Shown: one piece after another, positions 29,743-42,076 of the stretch
Layout of the letters: each line of letters starts with the position of its first letter
Numbering within the stretch: position 1 is the first letter of the stretch
Source: an uncultured Gemmatimonadales bacterium
GTDB taxonomy: Bacteria > Gemmatimonadota > Gemmatimonadetes > Longimicrobiales > Gaopeijiaceae
DNA length: 64,000 bases
NCBI GenBank assembly: GCA_963823035.1
Contig: CAWGKG010000012.1
Location: forward strand, 480,001-544,000
Direction of reading: 5' to 3'
Notes under the pieces: generated by a model
What the model was told of the DNA's origin: nothing
The model's database searches: none
What the model saw: only the letters and a program-made list of their open reading frames with translations
Translations under genes and position numbers: made by a program

Positions 29743-30970
29743 TCAGCCGAAGATGCCGCGCACCACTTCCAGGGCCTGCACGAGCCGGTCCACCTCCTCC
29801 TTCGTGTTGTAGAGGTAGAACGACGCCCGGGCGGTGGCGGACACCCCGTAGCGCTTCATGACGAGCTGCGCGCAGTGGTGGCCGGCGCGAACGGCAATGC
29901 CCTCCGAGTCGAGGATCGTGGAGATGTCGTGGGGGTGCGCGTCGCCCAGCGTGAACGACAACACCGCCACGCGCTCCTCCGGCGACTCCGGCCCGAAGAT
30001 GCGGATCCCCGGGATGGCGCCGAGCCGCTCCATGCGCGTACTCGAGCAGCGCGCGCTCGTGCGCCGCGACGGCGTCGGCGTCGAGCGACGCCAGGAAGTC
30101 CACCGCCGCGCCCATCCCGATCGCGCCGGCGATGTTCGGCGTGCCCGCCTCGAACTTGTGCGGCACCTCCGCCCACGTGCTCATGTCGCGCTCGACGAAC
30201 TCGATCATCTCGCCGCCGCCCTGATAGGGCTCCATCGACTCGAGCAGGTCGCGCCGCGCCCACAGCGCACCGATGCCCGTGGGCGCGCACATCTTGTGGC
30301 CGCTGAAGGCGTAGAAGTCGACGCCCAGCTCCTGCACGTCGACGTCGCGATGCACGGCGCCCTGCGCCCCGTCCACCAGCACGAGCGCTCCGGCGTCGTG
30401 CGCGGCCTGGGCGATCTCCTTCACCGGATTGATCGTGCCGAGCGCGTTCGACACGTGGTTGAAGGCGACCAGCCGGGTCCGGTCCGTCAGGAGGGAGGGG
30501 AGGTCTTCGAGAATCAGCCTGCCCTGCTCGTCGATCTCGATGTAGCGGAGCTTCGCACCCTTGCGGCGCGCGAGGAGCTGCCAGGGCACCAGGTTCGAGT
30601 GGTGCTCCATGACGGTGAGGAGGATCTCGTCCCCCTCGCGCACGTCATCGAGCCCCCAGGCGCTCGCCACCAGGTTGATCGCTTCGGTGGTGCCGCGCGT
30701 CCAGATCAGCTCGGCGGGGTCGGGTGCGTTGATGAAGCGGGCGACCTTGGCCCGCGCCTCCTCGTACGCGAGGGTCGCGCGCCGGGACAGCTCGTGGATG
30801 CCGCGGTGCACGTTCGCGTTGTCGTGCAGGTAGTAGGCGTCCACCGCATCGAGGACGGCGCGAGGCTTCTGCGAGGTGGCGGCGTTGTCGAGATAGACCA
30901 GGGGCTTGCCGTTCACTTCCTGGTCGAGCGTCGGGAACTCACGCCGCAGCGCGGCGACGTCGAGGCTCAC
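29743..30970 (-). CDS. sufS: Cysteine desulfurase (apparent frameshift near 30035)
   Basis: YLDNAATSQKP, SGHKM (PLP Lys), FEAGTP; HPHD and RAGHHCAQ in the shifted frame. Confidence 0.93.
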
Positions 30971-30973
30971 GGC

Positions 30974-31283
30974 CTAGATCTCCACGTAGATCCCGTCCTC
31001 CCGCGTCTCCACCCGGAACGACTTCACCGGGCGGACGGCGGGAAGGGCACGGTTCTTCCCCGTGCACGCGTCGAAGCGCGCGCCGTGATAGATGCACACG
31101 ATCTGGTTCCCCTCGAGCTCCCCGTCCGAGAGCGGATAGGACTCGTGGGAGCACTGGTCCTCCAGCGCGCAGATGTCGCCGTCCACGTTGGCGAGCACAA
31201 CCGCACGGTCGCCGGCCATGGCGCAGACGAGCTGCCCCGGCGGGCACGCGTCAGACATCCGCTACCCGCACCCAATCAGCCAC
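30974..31283 (-). CDS. Rieske-type ferredoxin (apparent frameshift near 31252)
   Basis: GTG-ADWVRVADV, then CSH...CIYHGARFD..TG, PA.RP. Confidence 0.85.
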
Positions 31284-31294
31284 GCCGCACGCCC

Positions 31295-32630
31295 TCACGC
31301 ATGGTGGGCGAGCTTCTCCTCGATCACCCGTGTGACCTTCATGCCCACGCCACCGAGGGGGAGACGGGCGAGGACCTCGCCGAGGAAGCCGAGCACCACC
31401 AGGCGCTCCGCGGCGGTGCGTTTGATGCCGCGGCTCATGAGGTAGAACTTCGCCTCGTCGTCCAGCTGACCGACCGTCGCCCCGTGCGAGCACTTCACGT
31501 CGTCGGCCTCGATCTCGAGGTTCGGCAACGAGTCCGCGCGAGCGTTCGGGGAGAGCAGGAGGTTGCGGTTCGTCTGGTAGGCGTCGGTGCGCTGCGCGCC
31601 CTTGTGCACGCGGATGATCCCGCGGAACACAGCGCGGCTGTGGCCGTCGAGCGCACCCTTGTAGAGCAGGTCGCTGCCGGCGTTGTCGGCCACGTGGTCC
31701 TGGCTGGTGTTGAAGTCGAAATGCTGGTCATCGTCGCCGAAGTAGAGACCCAGCATGTCCGAGTTCGAGCCGGCGCCGAGGAGTCGAGCATTGAGGTCGA
31801 TGCGCGTCGTCGTGCCGCCGAGCGCGACGTTGAGCGTGTCCAGCGTCGAGTCCCGCTGGGCCAGCGTACGCTGCACGGCCTGGTAGAAGCCGCCCTTGCC
31901 CAGGCGCTGCACGGCGACGTACTGCACCTGCGCGCCGTCCTGCGCGATCACTTCGACCGCGGAGGACGTGAGCGTCTGGCGCTCGAAGTCGTCGCTGAGC
32001 ACCTCGTCGACGTAGGAGATCCGCGAAGCCGTCTCGGCCACGATGAGCGTGCGGCTGAAGTAGGCCACACCCGATTCGCTGAACCAGCGCGTGACCCGCA
32101 CCGGGCTGTCGAGCTTCACGCCGCGCGGCACGTGCAGGAAGATCCCGTCGTTCCAGAGCGCGGCGTTGAGCGCGGCGAACTTCCCCTCTTCGGGCGGCAC
32201 GGCTTTGGTGGCGAGGTACTCCTTCACCAGCTCGGGGTGTGTCTCGATGGCGTCGTGCAGCGACGCGAGCACCACACCCTTGGCGGTCAGCGCCGCGTCG
32301 AGCTCGGTGTGCACCACGTGTCCGTCGATGAGCACGATGCGCCCGGAAGCTTCGCGGTCGAGCGCCATCGCCTCACGCAGACGCATCGGCCAAGCCGTCG
32401 AATCGTCGGCTGGGGCGGGCGTCGAGCTCAGCTCGAGCGCGTCGAGGTCGAGCTTCTTCTTCAGGTCCGTATACCGCCACTCTTCCAGCTTGGTGGTCGG
32501 CATCGGCGTGCGCTCGTAGACGTCCCAGGCGTGATCGCGGCGCTCGCACAGCCACTGCGGCTCCCTGGCGGAGACCCTTCCTACCGCCGCGCCGTTGATC
32601 GCCTTGGTCACGCCTTCCATGAGGCCGGTG

Positions 32631-32638
<8 letters not shown>
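31295..32638 (-). CDS. sufD: Fe-S cluster assembly protein SufD
   Basis: [47 protein letters not shown]. Confidence 0.93.
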
Positions 32639-34047
<1,409 letters not shown>

Positions 34048-34069
34048 GGCAGTTGTCCCTCCTGATTCC

Positions 34070-34872
<803 letters not shown>

Positions 34873-34914
34873 CGGTCCTCACATCGTCGGAACGCAGGGA
34901 CGTGTGTCCCTTAT

Positions 34915-34965
34915 CAAGAATGATTCTCGGTTTCAAAACCTAACCCACTCACGGTAGGAATCAAG
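34915..34965 (-). promoter_or_regulatory. suf promoter region with a Fur/PerR-like box and an Rrf2-like inverted repeat
   Basis: AGAAT-G-ATTCT palindrome within 34915-34929; minus-strand TTGATT-N16-TAGGTT promoter whose spacer holds CCTAC-N5-GTGGG. Confidence 0.5.
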
Positions 34966-35042
34966 TGGATCGAGGCCCGCGTGCCAAGCGCGGAGACGGC
35001 CATCCAGAGAGCCCTTCCGAGGGGCGCACGGGTACCCCCGAC

Positions 35043-35865
35043 GTGGACCTCGGGTCCCTGGGCGGGCGCATCTGGTTGGTCCTCGGCGGAGGCGGCCTGA
35101 AGGGCCTGGCGCACATCGGTGCGTGGCGGGCGCTGACCGAGGCCGGCGTCTCGGTCGCCGGCATCGTCGGCACGAGCATCGGCGCGCTCGTCGGGGCGCT
35201 CATCGCGTCGGGAGCGAGCTGGCAGGATATGCGGCGCCTGGCGCGGGTCGCTCACACGAGCGGACATCGTGCGCGTGAACCGCCGCGCCGTCCTGTTCAA
35301 CGGCATCCGCCAGGTCAGCGTCTTCCGGGGAGACGTGCTCCAGGACTACTACGCGTCGATCCTCCCCGAGGGCGGGTGGCAGGCGCTGCGCATCCCCCTC
35401 CTGGTGAACGCGGTGGACCTGGCGACCGGTCGAACGGAGTGGTTCGGTACGGGGGAGCGGACCGACGTTCCGATGGCCGATGCGCTCTACGCCTCGTCGG
35501 CGCTGCCCGTGCTCTACCCCCCCGCGATGATCGGGGAGGCCGCCTTCGTGGACGGCGGTACCGAGCATCCGCTGGCGCTCGCCCGGGCGGCCGAGACCGA
35601 CGCGACGGGCCTGATCGGCGTGGACGTGGGTGCGGGTGAGACCGGAGAGAGCGAGCGCATCCTCGAACAGGGGATGATCGCCGTGCACCAGCGGATCTTC
35701 GCGATCATGACCTACCGCCGCCGGAACGATCTCGTGCGCCACTGGGACGGGATGCCGCTGCTCTACGTCCGTCCCCGCCTCGACGGTTTCGGCACCTTCG
35801 ACTTCGACCAGATCGAGTACTTCGTGGAGGAGGGCTACCGCGCGATGTCCCGGGCGCTCCCCTGA
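35043..35865 (+). CDS. Patatin-like phospholipase (apparent frameshift near 35250)
   Basis: [21 protein letters not shown]; then ASSALP and VDGG. Confidence 0.9.
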
Positions 35866-35892
35866 GCTGGAGACGCGGCTCCCGACGGGTCG

Positions 35893-36486
35893 TCAGAAGT
35901 AGCTGCGGAGCGCGGCGAGCACCCTGTCCCGAGCCTCGGGCACCACGCACCCGACGGCCCCGAGGGACTGGGGCAGGCTCCAGACGTGGGCAAGTTCCAT
36001 CTGCGAATCCTTGGATGACCCCGGCATGCGAACCTCCTCCCGCGTCAGGGCGGGCGTGAACCACTTCGGGTTCGACGCCTCGTTCAGGGGAACCGCCAGA
36101 AGATCGCCCCCGGCCACGGCCCCGATGACCACCCAGGGGCGCTCCCCCCGATAGGTCGTGGCGAGAGGACCCCTCTCGACCACGAGTTCGGTGGGCCATA
36201 CCAGGTCCCACAGCCGGGGGCCGACCCCCACGGCCTCTCCCAGAAGCTGACGGGGATCTCCGCCTCCCTCGGACGCCACGGCGAGGAGGTGCTCGCTGAG
36301 GGCGCCGGCCCAGCCCAGGTCGCCGTGGAGAAGACCGACGAGCTGGGTATGCGGGCTACCGGGGGCCCTGAGGGCAGCTTCATGCACTGCCACAAGGAGA
36401 ACCGCCTCCTGCGGAGGAGGGAAGTTGAGCCTTCGGAGCGCGTCGGACCGGATCGAGACCTCGGTTCCGGGAGGCAGGGTCGACAT
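35893..36486 (-). CDS. Hypothetical protein with a C-terminal PemK/MazF-like domain
   Basis: AGGAG RBS; WDLVW, GERPWVVI, LLAVPL, KDS, HVWSL, VGCV...VLAAL follow the MazF motif order. Confidence 0.55.
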   Translation of the reverse strand: MSTLPPGTEVSIRSDALRRLNFPPPQEAVLLVAVHEAALRAPGSPHTQLVGLLHGDLGWAGALSEHLLAVASEGGGDPRQLLGEAVGVGPRLWDLVWPTELVVERGPLATTYRGERPWVVIGAVAGGDLLAVPLNEASNPKWFTPALTREEVRMPGSSKDSQMELAHVWSLPQSLGAVGCVVPEARDRVLAALRSYF

Positions 36487-36661
36487 GGTCTCCTGAGGAG
36501 CGGGGGGGGGCTCCCGTTGATCATGGATGCAGCCGGCCAATCCGGCCAGTCCGTGTTGGCCCCACCGTCGAGAAGCCCCGTCCGGCCGTGATTCAGCCGA
36601 ACGGGGCCTCGTGCACCCGCGCAGGGGTCGGGGGGATTTCGGGCGGGTGCAGCCTCCGGCG

Positions 36662-37366
36662 TCAGTACGACGGGCCGGAGTCGTTCGGGGCTCCGTTCGG
36701 CGGGCCGAAGCCGTCGGGCGGGCCGAAGCCGGGACCGAAGCCCTGGCCGCCGCCGGGCCCGCGGCGGAAGCCCGGACGCATCATCGGCGCCCCCTGCTGC
36801 CGCATGCCGGGAGCGAAGCCGCGGCCGCCGTCCATCCCGGGGCCCCTGCGGAAGCCTTGGCGGAAGCCCTGGCCCCGCGCCATCCCGCGCTGGCCACGCG
36901 CTCCGCGCATGCCGCTCATCCGGCCCATACGGTAGGCGCGCGCCTCGGCGCGCCACGTGTCGAGCTTCTGCCTCTGCGCGTCGTTCAGGATCGCATCCAC
37001 CCGCTCGCGCTGCTGGCGGGCCACCTCGACGGAAGCGTCACGGCGGCTCTCGGCCACCTTCCGAACCTCCTCCATCTGCATCTCTCCGGCCATCACCTTC
37101 GAGCGCAGCTCGGCCATCTGGGCCTGGTGCGCCGTCCGGCGCTGCACCGTCTCCGCGCGGAGCTGATCGAGCTGCTGAACCTGACTTTCGCTGAGCTCCA
37201 GCTGCTCGCGCTGCCGGAGGATCAACTCGACCCCCGGACCGCGGAGTGAATCGGCACGTCCCCCACCCATCATTCCCCGGCCCTGCCGGGCCTGAGCGCT
37301 CACCTGCAGCGGGCTCAGGGTCATCGCCGCGGCCAGAATCGCCGCACCGCTCGTCATCAGCTTCAT
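36662..37366 (-). CDS. Spy/CpxP-like periplasmic protein with Gly-rich tail
   Basis: Signal peptide; LELSESQVQQL and ILNDAQRQKL (LTxxQ-like motifs); GFGP-repeat tail. Confidence 0.72.
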   Translation of the reverse strand: MKLMTSGAAILAAAMTLSPLQVSAQARQGRGMMGGGRADSLRGPGVELILRQREQLELSESQVQQLDQLRAETVQRRTAHQAQMAELRSKVMAGEMQMEEVRKVAESRRDASVEVARQQRERVDAILNDAQRQKLDTWRAEARAYRMGRMSGMRGARGQRGMARGQGFRQGFRRGPGMDGGRGFAPGMRQQGAPMMRPGFRRGPGGGQGFGPGFGPPDGFGPPNGAPNDSGPSY

Positions 37367-37460
37367 GGTCGTTCTCCTCGTCGTCTCTCGGGTCCCGCTC
37401 GCTGCCGGGCTTCGTTCCCACCCGGCTCCGAACGTATGGAGTCGCCCGGGCGGTCGGACG

Positions 37461-38072
37461 TTAAAGGCGAGGAGGCCCGCGCCCGACGTCGAGGGCGTCG
37501 CGCATGCTGCGGGACCAGTCGGCGAGCGACGAGCGCAGGTAGCGCGCGTGCTCCTTGGCGCTCCTGCTGATGGGGCCCTCGGCGGTGCGCTCGACGTGGA
37601 CGCTCACGAAGGTGGGGCCGGGTGCGCGCAGGAGGTCGGGCACGGCCTCGGCGAAGGCGTCGGCCTCCTCGTAGCGGAACACCCGCGGGAAGCCGGCCGC
37701 GCGGGCCATCGCCGCGAAGTCGATGCGACCCGCGCCTGGTACGGGCTGGTGGCCCGTGATCTCGTAGGTGCCGTTCTCCACCACGAAGAGGGTGAAGTTC
37801 GCGGCGGCGCACGCGACCGTGGTGGCCAGCGTGCCGAGCGTCATGAGCATGCTGCCGTCGCCGTTCAGGCAGACGACGCGGCGCTCGGGGCGGGCCAGGG
37901 CGATGCCGAGCGCGAGGTCGGCGGTATGGCCCATCGCCGAGTCCGCCGAAGCGAAATCGAGGTCGTGATCGGACAGGCGCCCCCACGGACGCGTCACGCT
38001 CATGGTGGTCACGACCACCTCGTCGGTGCGGTGCCGCGCGAGCGGGCGAAGGAGCTGGTCGCGGGTCAGCAT
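37461..38072 (-). CDS. ThDP-dependent decarboxylase beta subunit (sulfopyruvate/phosphonopyruvate decarboxylase-like)
   Basis: SAMGH...LALGIALARP, GDGSMLM...ENG.Y..TG.QP ThDP motif. Confidence 0.82.
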   Translation of the reverse strand: MLTRDQLLRPLARHRTDEVVVTTMSVTRPWGRLSDHDLDFASADSAMGHTADLALGIALARPERRVVCLNGDGSMLMTLGTLATTVACAAANFTLFVVENGTYEITGHQPVPGAGRIDFAAMARAAGFPRVFRYEEADAFAEAVPDLLRAPGPTFVSVHVERTAEGPISRSAKEHARYLRSSLADWSRSMRDALDVGRGPPRL

Positions 38073-38082
38073 GGTGGGGCGC

Positions 38083-38629
38083 TCAGGCCAGGTCGGTCGT
38101 GAGGAGGAGCGCCTGCGGCCAGGCCCGCTCATCGGCGCGCCGGACGAGGGACGCGAGCGCCGCAGCCGGGTCCGCGTCACGTCCACACGTCTCGTACGGC
38201 ACGCCCCAGGCGTCGAGCGTCGGCTCGGTCACGAGCGCCACCGAGTCCACGTCGGCGCGCGTCATCAGCTCCTTCGTTCTCGGCGTTCCCGGGTGCAGTC
38301 CGGCCGACGCCATCTTCGCGTAGCCGCGGCCCGTCACCACGATGGGAATCGGCGCGGCCATGCGCATCGCCGTGCCGCGGAGCGCATCGCCCGCCTCGAG
38401 CAGGCCCGTGTTCTGGATGACGACCAGCGGGCGCGCACCGCCGATCCAGAGCCCCGACGCCATCGCGAACGCCTCCCCTTCGCGCGTCACGATGACCAGA
38501 CGGATGCTGGGGTGGTCGAGGAGGGCGTCGAACAGCGGACCGGAGGTGTTGTCCGGAATGCCCGAGCACGTGCGACACGCCCGCCCGCTCGAGCGCCTCC
38601 ACCACGGTGTCGATGGCCATGGCGCTCAC
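38083..38629 (-). CDS. ThDP-dependent decarboxylase alpha subunit (ComD-like; apparent frameshift near 38560)
   Basis: GVSHVLG / IPDN, VTREGEAFAMASGLWIGG.RP.V.IQNTG, TEP.LDA.G.P. Confidence 0.8.
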
Positions 38630-39978
38630 GCTCCTCCGGCCGCACGAGGGGATGGCAGCCGGCGCGACACGATCCACCCGGCCAGCGTCAGCGCGCCGAT
38701 CATCGCGCCGCCGCCCACGGCGAGCACGGGCTGCGTGCCGACGAGCACCGCGAGGATGGCGACGTACAGGAGGATCGTCACGCCCGGGATCCAGGGGTGG
38801 CCCGGCACGCGGAACGGGCGTTCGAGGTCCGGGCGCTTCGCGCGCAGGCGGAAGTAGCCGAGCAGCACCATGCTGTCCACCGTGATGGCGACCATCATCA
38901 TGAAGCGGATCAACAGCTCGAACGCGCCGGAGAGCGCGAGCAGCCCGATCCAGACGGAGATGAAGACGAGCGCGTTGCGCGGCGTGCCGCGCGCGTCCAC
39001 CCGCGCGAACGCCTTGAAAGCGAGGCCGTGCCGCGACAGGCCGTAGGCCACGCGCGGCAGTCCGAGGAAGTTCACGTTCGCGCTGCTGATCAGGATGAGG
39101 AGGCTCGCCACGACCACAACGGTGCCGGCGGCACCGCCGAACACCGTGGCGATCGCATCGGCTGCGACCAGCTCGGAGCCCGCCATCTCGGCGGGGGTGA
39201 GGGCGGCGAGGAAGGAGACGTTCATCAGGAGGTAGAGGATCATCACGGCCAGCGAGCCGCCCAGGAGGATGCGCGGGAGCGCCCGACCGGGGTCCTTCAC
39301 CTCCTCGGCCATCTTCGCCGCATCCTCCCACCCGTAGTAGGCGAACGAAATGGACTGGTAGGCGAGGGCGAAACCGAGCAGGCCGGCGTCTCCGTGCGTG
39401 AGCGTGGCGCTGCCCCCGCCGAAGCCCTGCAGGTCACCGGCCCAGAGGCCCGCGGCCGCGATCAGGAGGATGATCAGCACCTTCACCGCGGTGGTGACGT
39501 TCTGGAAGGTCGTGCTGGCGCGCAGCCCGCGCGTGTGCAGCACGAAGAAGGAGAGCACCACGCACCCCGCCAGGATCGGCACGGACCCCCGTCCGCCCGC
39601 GAGGATCCGGACATACTCGGCGATGACCACGGCCTTGGATGCTCCGGAGAAGCCGCGGCTCACGAGCAGCTCCGACCACCCCGCCACGAACCCCATGACC
39701 GGCCCCCAGGCGTGGCGGGCGTACACGTACTTGCCGCCGGCCTCGGGGAGGGCGGCGGCCATCTCGGAGAGGACGAGCGTGGACAGCCCCGCCACGATGC
39801 CGCCGAGGACCCACACAGCAAGGATGAGCCACGCGTCGCCGAGGTAGCCCGCGATGAGCCCGGGCGTACGCAGGATACCCGCGCCGATGACGATCCCCAC
39901 CGTGACCGCCATCCCGTCGCGGATGCGCAGGACTCGGTGCAGGCGGTACGTGGGCGCGACGGGGTCGACTCGGGTCAA
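38626..39978 (-). CDS. APC family amino acid permease
   Basis: GIVIGAGI, EM..A.P.AGG.Y, FAYYGWE, AEEVKDP.R.LP, RPFRVP; about 12 TM helices. Confidence 0.93.
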   Translation of the reverse strand: MTRVDPVAPTYRLHRVLRIRDGMAVTVGIVIGAGILRTPGLIAGYLGDAWLILAVWVLGGIVAGLSTLVLSEMAAALPEAGGKYVYARHAWGPVMGFVAGWSELLVSRGFSGASKAVVIAEYVRILAGGRGSVPILAGCVVLSFFVLHTRGLRASTTFQNVTTAVKVLIILLIAAAGLWAGDLQGFGGGSATLTHGDAGLLGFALAYQSISFAYYGWEDAAKMAEEVKDPGRALPRILLGGSLAVMILYLLMNVSFLAALTPAEMAGSELVAADAIATVFGGAAGTVVVVASLLILISSANVNFLGLPRVAYGLSRHGLAFKAFARVDARGTPRNALVFISVWIGLLALSGAFELLIRFMMMVAITVDSMVLLGYFRLRAKRPDLERPFRVPGHPWIPGVTILLYVAILAVLVGTQPVLAVGGGAMIGALTLAGWIVSRRLPSPRAAGGA

Positions 39979-40067
39979 GGATCCGCGCGGGGAGCGGGGC
40001 GTCGATGGACGCGCGCAACATGCGCGGCCCCCTCCTCATGCCACAAGAAGGCGCGACCGGCGCGGCG

Positions 40068-40685
40068 TCACGCCCGCAGGATCGCCACGACCAACCTGCC
40101 GGGGCCGTGCACCCCGCGCACCAGGATCTGCCCGATGTCGGCCGACTTGCTCGGCCCCGAATGGAGGCCGAGGGCGGAGGGCAGGTCGTCGCCGAGCGCG
40201 CGTAGCGCGTCGCGCAGGGTCGCGTGCACGTCCGCGGCGCGCAGCCATACCATGTGCGTGGGGGGAAGCAGCTGCGTGCGCCGACCGTCGCGCGCGTCGA
40301 GGACGAGGGAGCCGGTCTCCGCGACCGCGCACCGGGCCATACCCACGCCGAGCGGCGCCTCCTCGGCGCTCGCGACCGGCCGTTCCGGTCTGAGGTCGAT
40401 CGGCACGGTCGCGCCGACCGACGCGGACTCGAACGCCTGCGCGAAGTCGGCGAGCCAACGACGCGCCTCCGACATGGACGCCAACTCGACGACCTCGCCG
40501 CCCGCGGCCGTGAAGACCTCCGCGAAGGCGCGGATCGGGTCCGGGTCGAGCGCGCCCTCCGGCCGCCATCCGCCGAAGTCGCCGGGATGGGCAACGGCGG
40601 TGCGGTCGCGAAGCGCGTCGCGGATCCGTCCGAGGATGCGCCCGCGCGCGTCGTCCGATTCGGGAGCGCCCTTCGCCCCGCTCAT
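40068..40685 (-). CDS. lutC: Lactate utilization protein C (LUD domain)
   Basis: AETGS, LLPP.H, SGPSKSADI...GVHGP. Confidence 0.9.
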   Translation of the reverse strand: MSGAKGAPESDDARGRILGRIRDALRDRTAVAHPGDFGGWRPEGALDPDPIRAFAEVFTAAGGEVVELASMSEARRWLADFAQAFESASVGATVPIDLRPERPVASAEEAPLGVGMARCAVAETGSLVLDARDGRRTQLLPPTHMVWLRAADVHATLRDALRALGDDLPSALGLHSGPSKSADIGQILVRGVHGPGRLVVAILRA

Positions 40686-42076
40686 TCGATCCCCCTCTTC
40701 CACAACGTGCGGAAGGTGGAGGGCGACGCGACGGGCGCGGAGCGCTGCCCGGTCCATGCGCCCAGGATCGGGAGGGCCCGCCCCCCGAGCTCCCATGGGA
40801 CATGGCGCAGGAGCGCCGACGCCGTACCGAAGACCCCGGGCAGCTCGGCGCCCGCGGCATAGGCCTTCATTCCCATGCGCTCGACGGCCGGCACGAGCCC
40901 GGCTTCCACGGCGCGCTCCCGCCAGTAGACGAGCAGCTCGGGGAGAGGGATGCGCACCGGACAGGCGTCCGCACACGCGCCGCACAGGCTGGACGCGAAG
41001 GGGAGCGGCATCGCCTCCTCGAGGCCCAGTAGGCCCGGAGCGAGGACGGCGCCGATCGGGCCGGAGTACGCCCACCCGTATGGATGTCCGCCCGTCTGGC
41101 GGTAGACCGGGCAGGTGTTCAGACACGCCCCGCAGCGCACGCAACGCAACGCCTCCCACGCTTGGTCGTCGGCCAGCAGGCGCGTGCGCCCGTTGTCCAC
41201 GAGGACGACGTGCACCTCCTCGGGACCGTCCGGCTCGCCCTCTCGACGCGGCCCCTGGATGAGCGACACGTAGTTGCCGATCGGCTGGCCCGTCGCCGCC
41301 CTTGCGGTGAGCTGCAGGAAGGCCGACAGATCCTCGAGTCGCGGGAGGAGCTTCTCGATGCCGACGAGGGCTACGTGCACGCGCGGCACCGAGGTGGACA
41401 GCCGGATGTTGCCCTCGTTCTCGATGAGGGCGAGCGTGCCGGTTTCGGCGACCAGGAAGTTGCCGCCCGAGATGCCGAGGTCCGCCGACAGGAAGTCCCG
41501 GCGCAGCGCGGCGCGTGCCGCGGCGGCCAGCGTCTCCGGGTCGGCATCCGGGGCGGTGCCGAGCTTCTCGTGGAAGAGCCGGCGGCAGTCGTCCACGCTG
41601 CGGTGGATGGCGGGACCCACGATGTGGGACGGCGGCTCGCCGAGCAGTTGGATGATGTACTCGCCCAGGTCGGTCTCGCGGACCTCGATGGCGTTGGCCT
41701 CGAGGAAGGCGTTCACGCCCAGCTCCTCCGAGAGCATGCTCTTGGCCTTTACGGCGCGGCGCACGCCGTGGCCTCGTGCGATCTCTCCGAGGAGCTCGAG
41801 GGCGTCGGTCGCGCGCTCGGCCCAGTGGACCTGAACGCCGTTCTCGGTGAGACGCGCCTCCGCCTCCTCCAGGTAGCGGTCGAGGTTCCCGAGGAGGTGG
41901 CTCTTCACGTCCCGCATCCAGTCGCGCCAGGCGTCGGCGTCGATCCGCCCCCACGCCGCCCGTCGATGCTGGTCGAAGGTGCGCGTGGCCGCCAGGACGG
42001 AGGCGCGCATCTCGGGCCGCTCGCGCAGGAGGTCGCGCGCGGCGGCGGCGTATCCGCCGGGACGCGGTTCGCTCAT
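40682..42076 (-). CDS. lutB: Lactate utilization protein B (Fe-S)
   Basis: KSMLSEE, ETDLGEYI, PSHIV.PAIH, NEGN, CVRCGACLNTCP, SSLCGAC...CP. Confidence 0.93.
   Translation of the reverse strand: MSEPRPGGYAAAARDLLRERPEMRASVLAATRTFDQHRRAAWGRIDADAWRDWMRDVKSHLLGNLDRYLEEAEARLTENGVQVHWAERATDALELLGEIARGHGVRRAVKAKSMLSEELGVNAFLEANAIEVRETDLGEYIIQLLGEPPSHIVGPAIHRSVDDCRRLFHEKLGTAPDADPETLAAAARAALRRDFLSADLGISGGNFLVAETGTLALIENEGNIRLSTSVPRVHVALVGIEKLLPRLEDLSAFLQLTARAATGQPIGNYVSLIQGPRREGEPDGPEEVHVVLVDNGRTRLLADDQAWEALRCVRCGACLNTCPVYRQTGGHPYGWAYSGPIGAVLAPGLLGLEEAMPLPFASSLCGACADACPVRIPLPELLVYWRERAVEAGLVPAVERMGMKAYAAGAELPGVFGTASALLRHVPWELGGRALPILGAWTGQRSAPVASPSTFRTLWKRGIE

Noticed and set aside
31240..31262. TGA early in the Rieske ferredoxin gene as possible selenocysteine or readthrough
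   Set aside because: The downstream coding sequence is in a different frame, so a 1-nt indel explains it; the position is not a Cys ligand site.
34975..34990. TTGGCACG on the minus strand upstream of sufC
   Set aside because: No GC at the -12 position, so it is not called as a sigma-54 promoter.
36662..36900. Short GC-rich repeats that could suggest a CRISPR or VNTR
   Set aside because: They encode the Gly/Phe/Pro-rich tail (GFGP, QGFR) of the Spy-like protein; there is no repeat-spacer structure.
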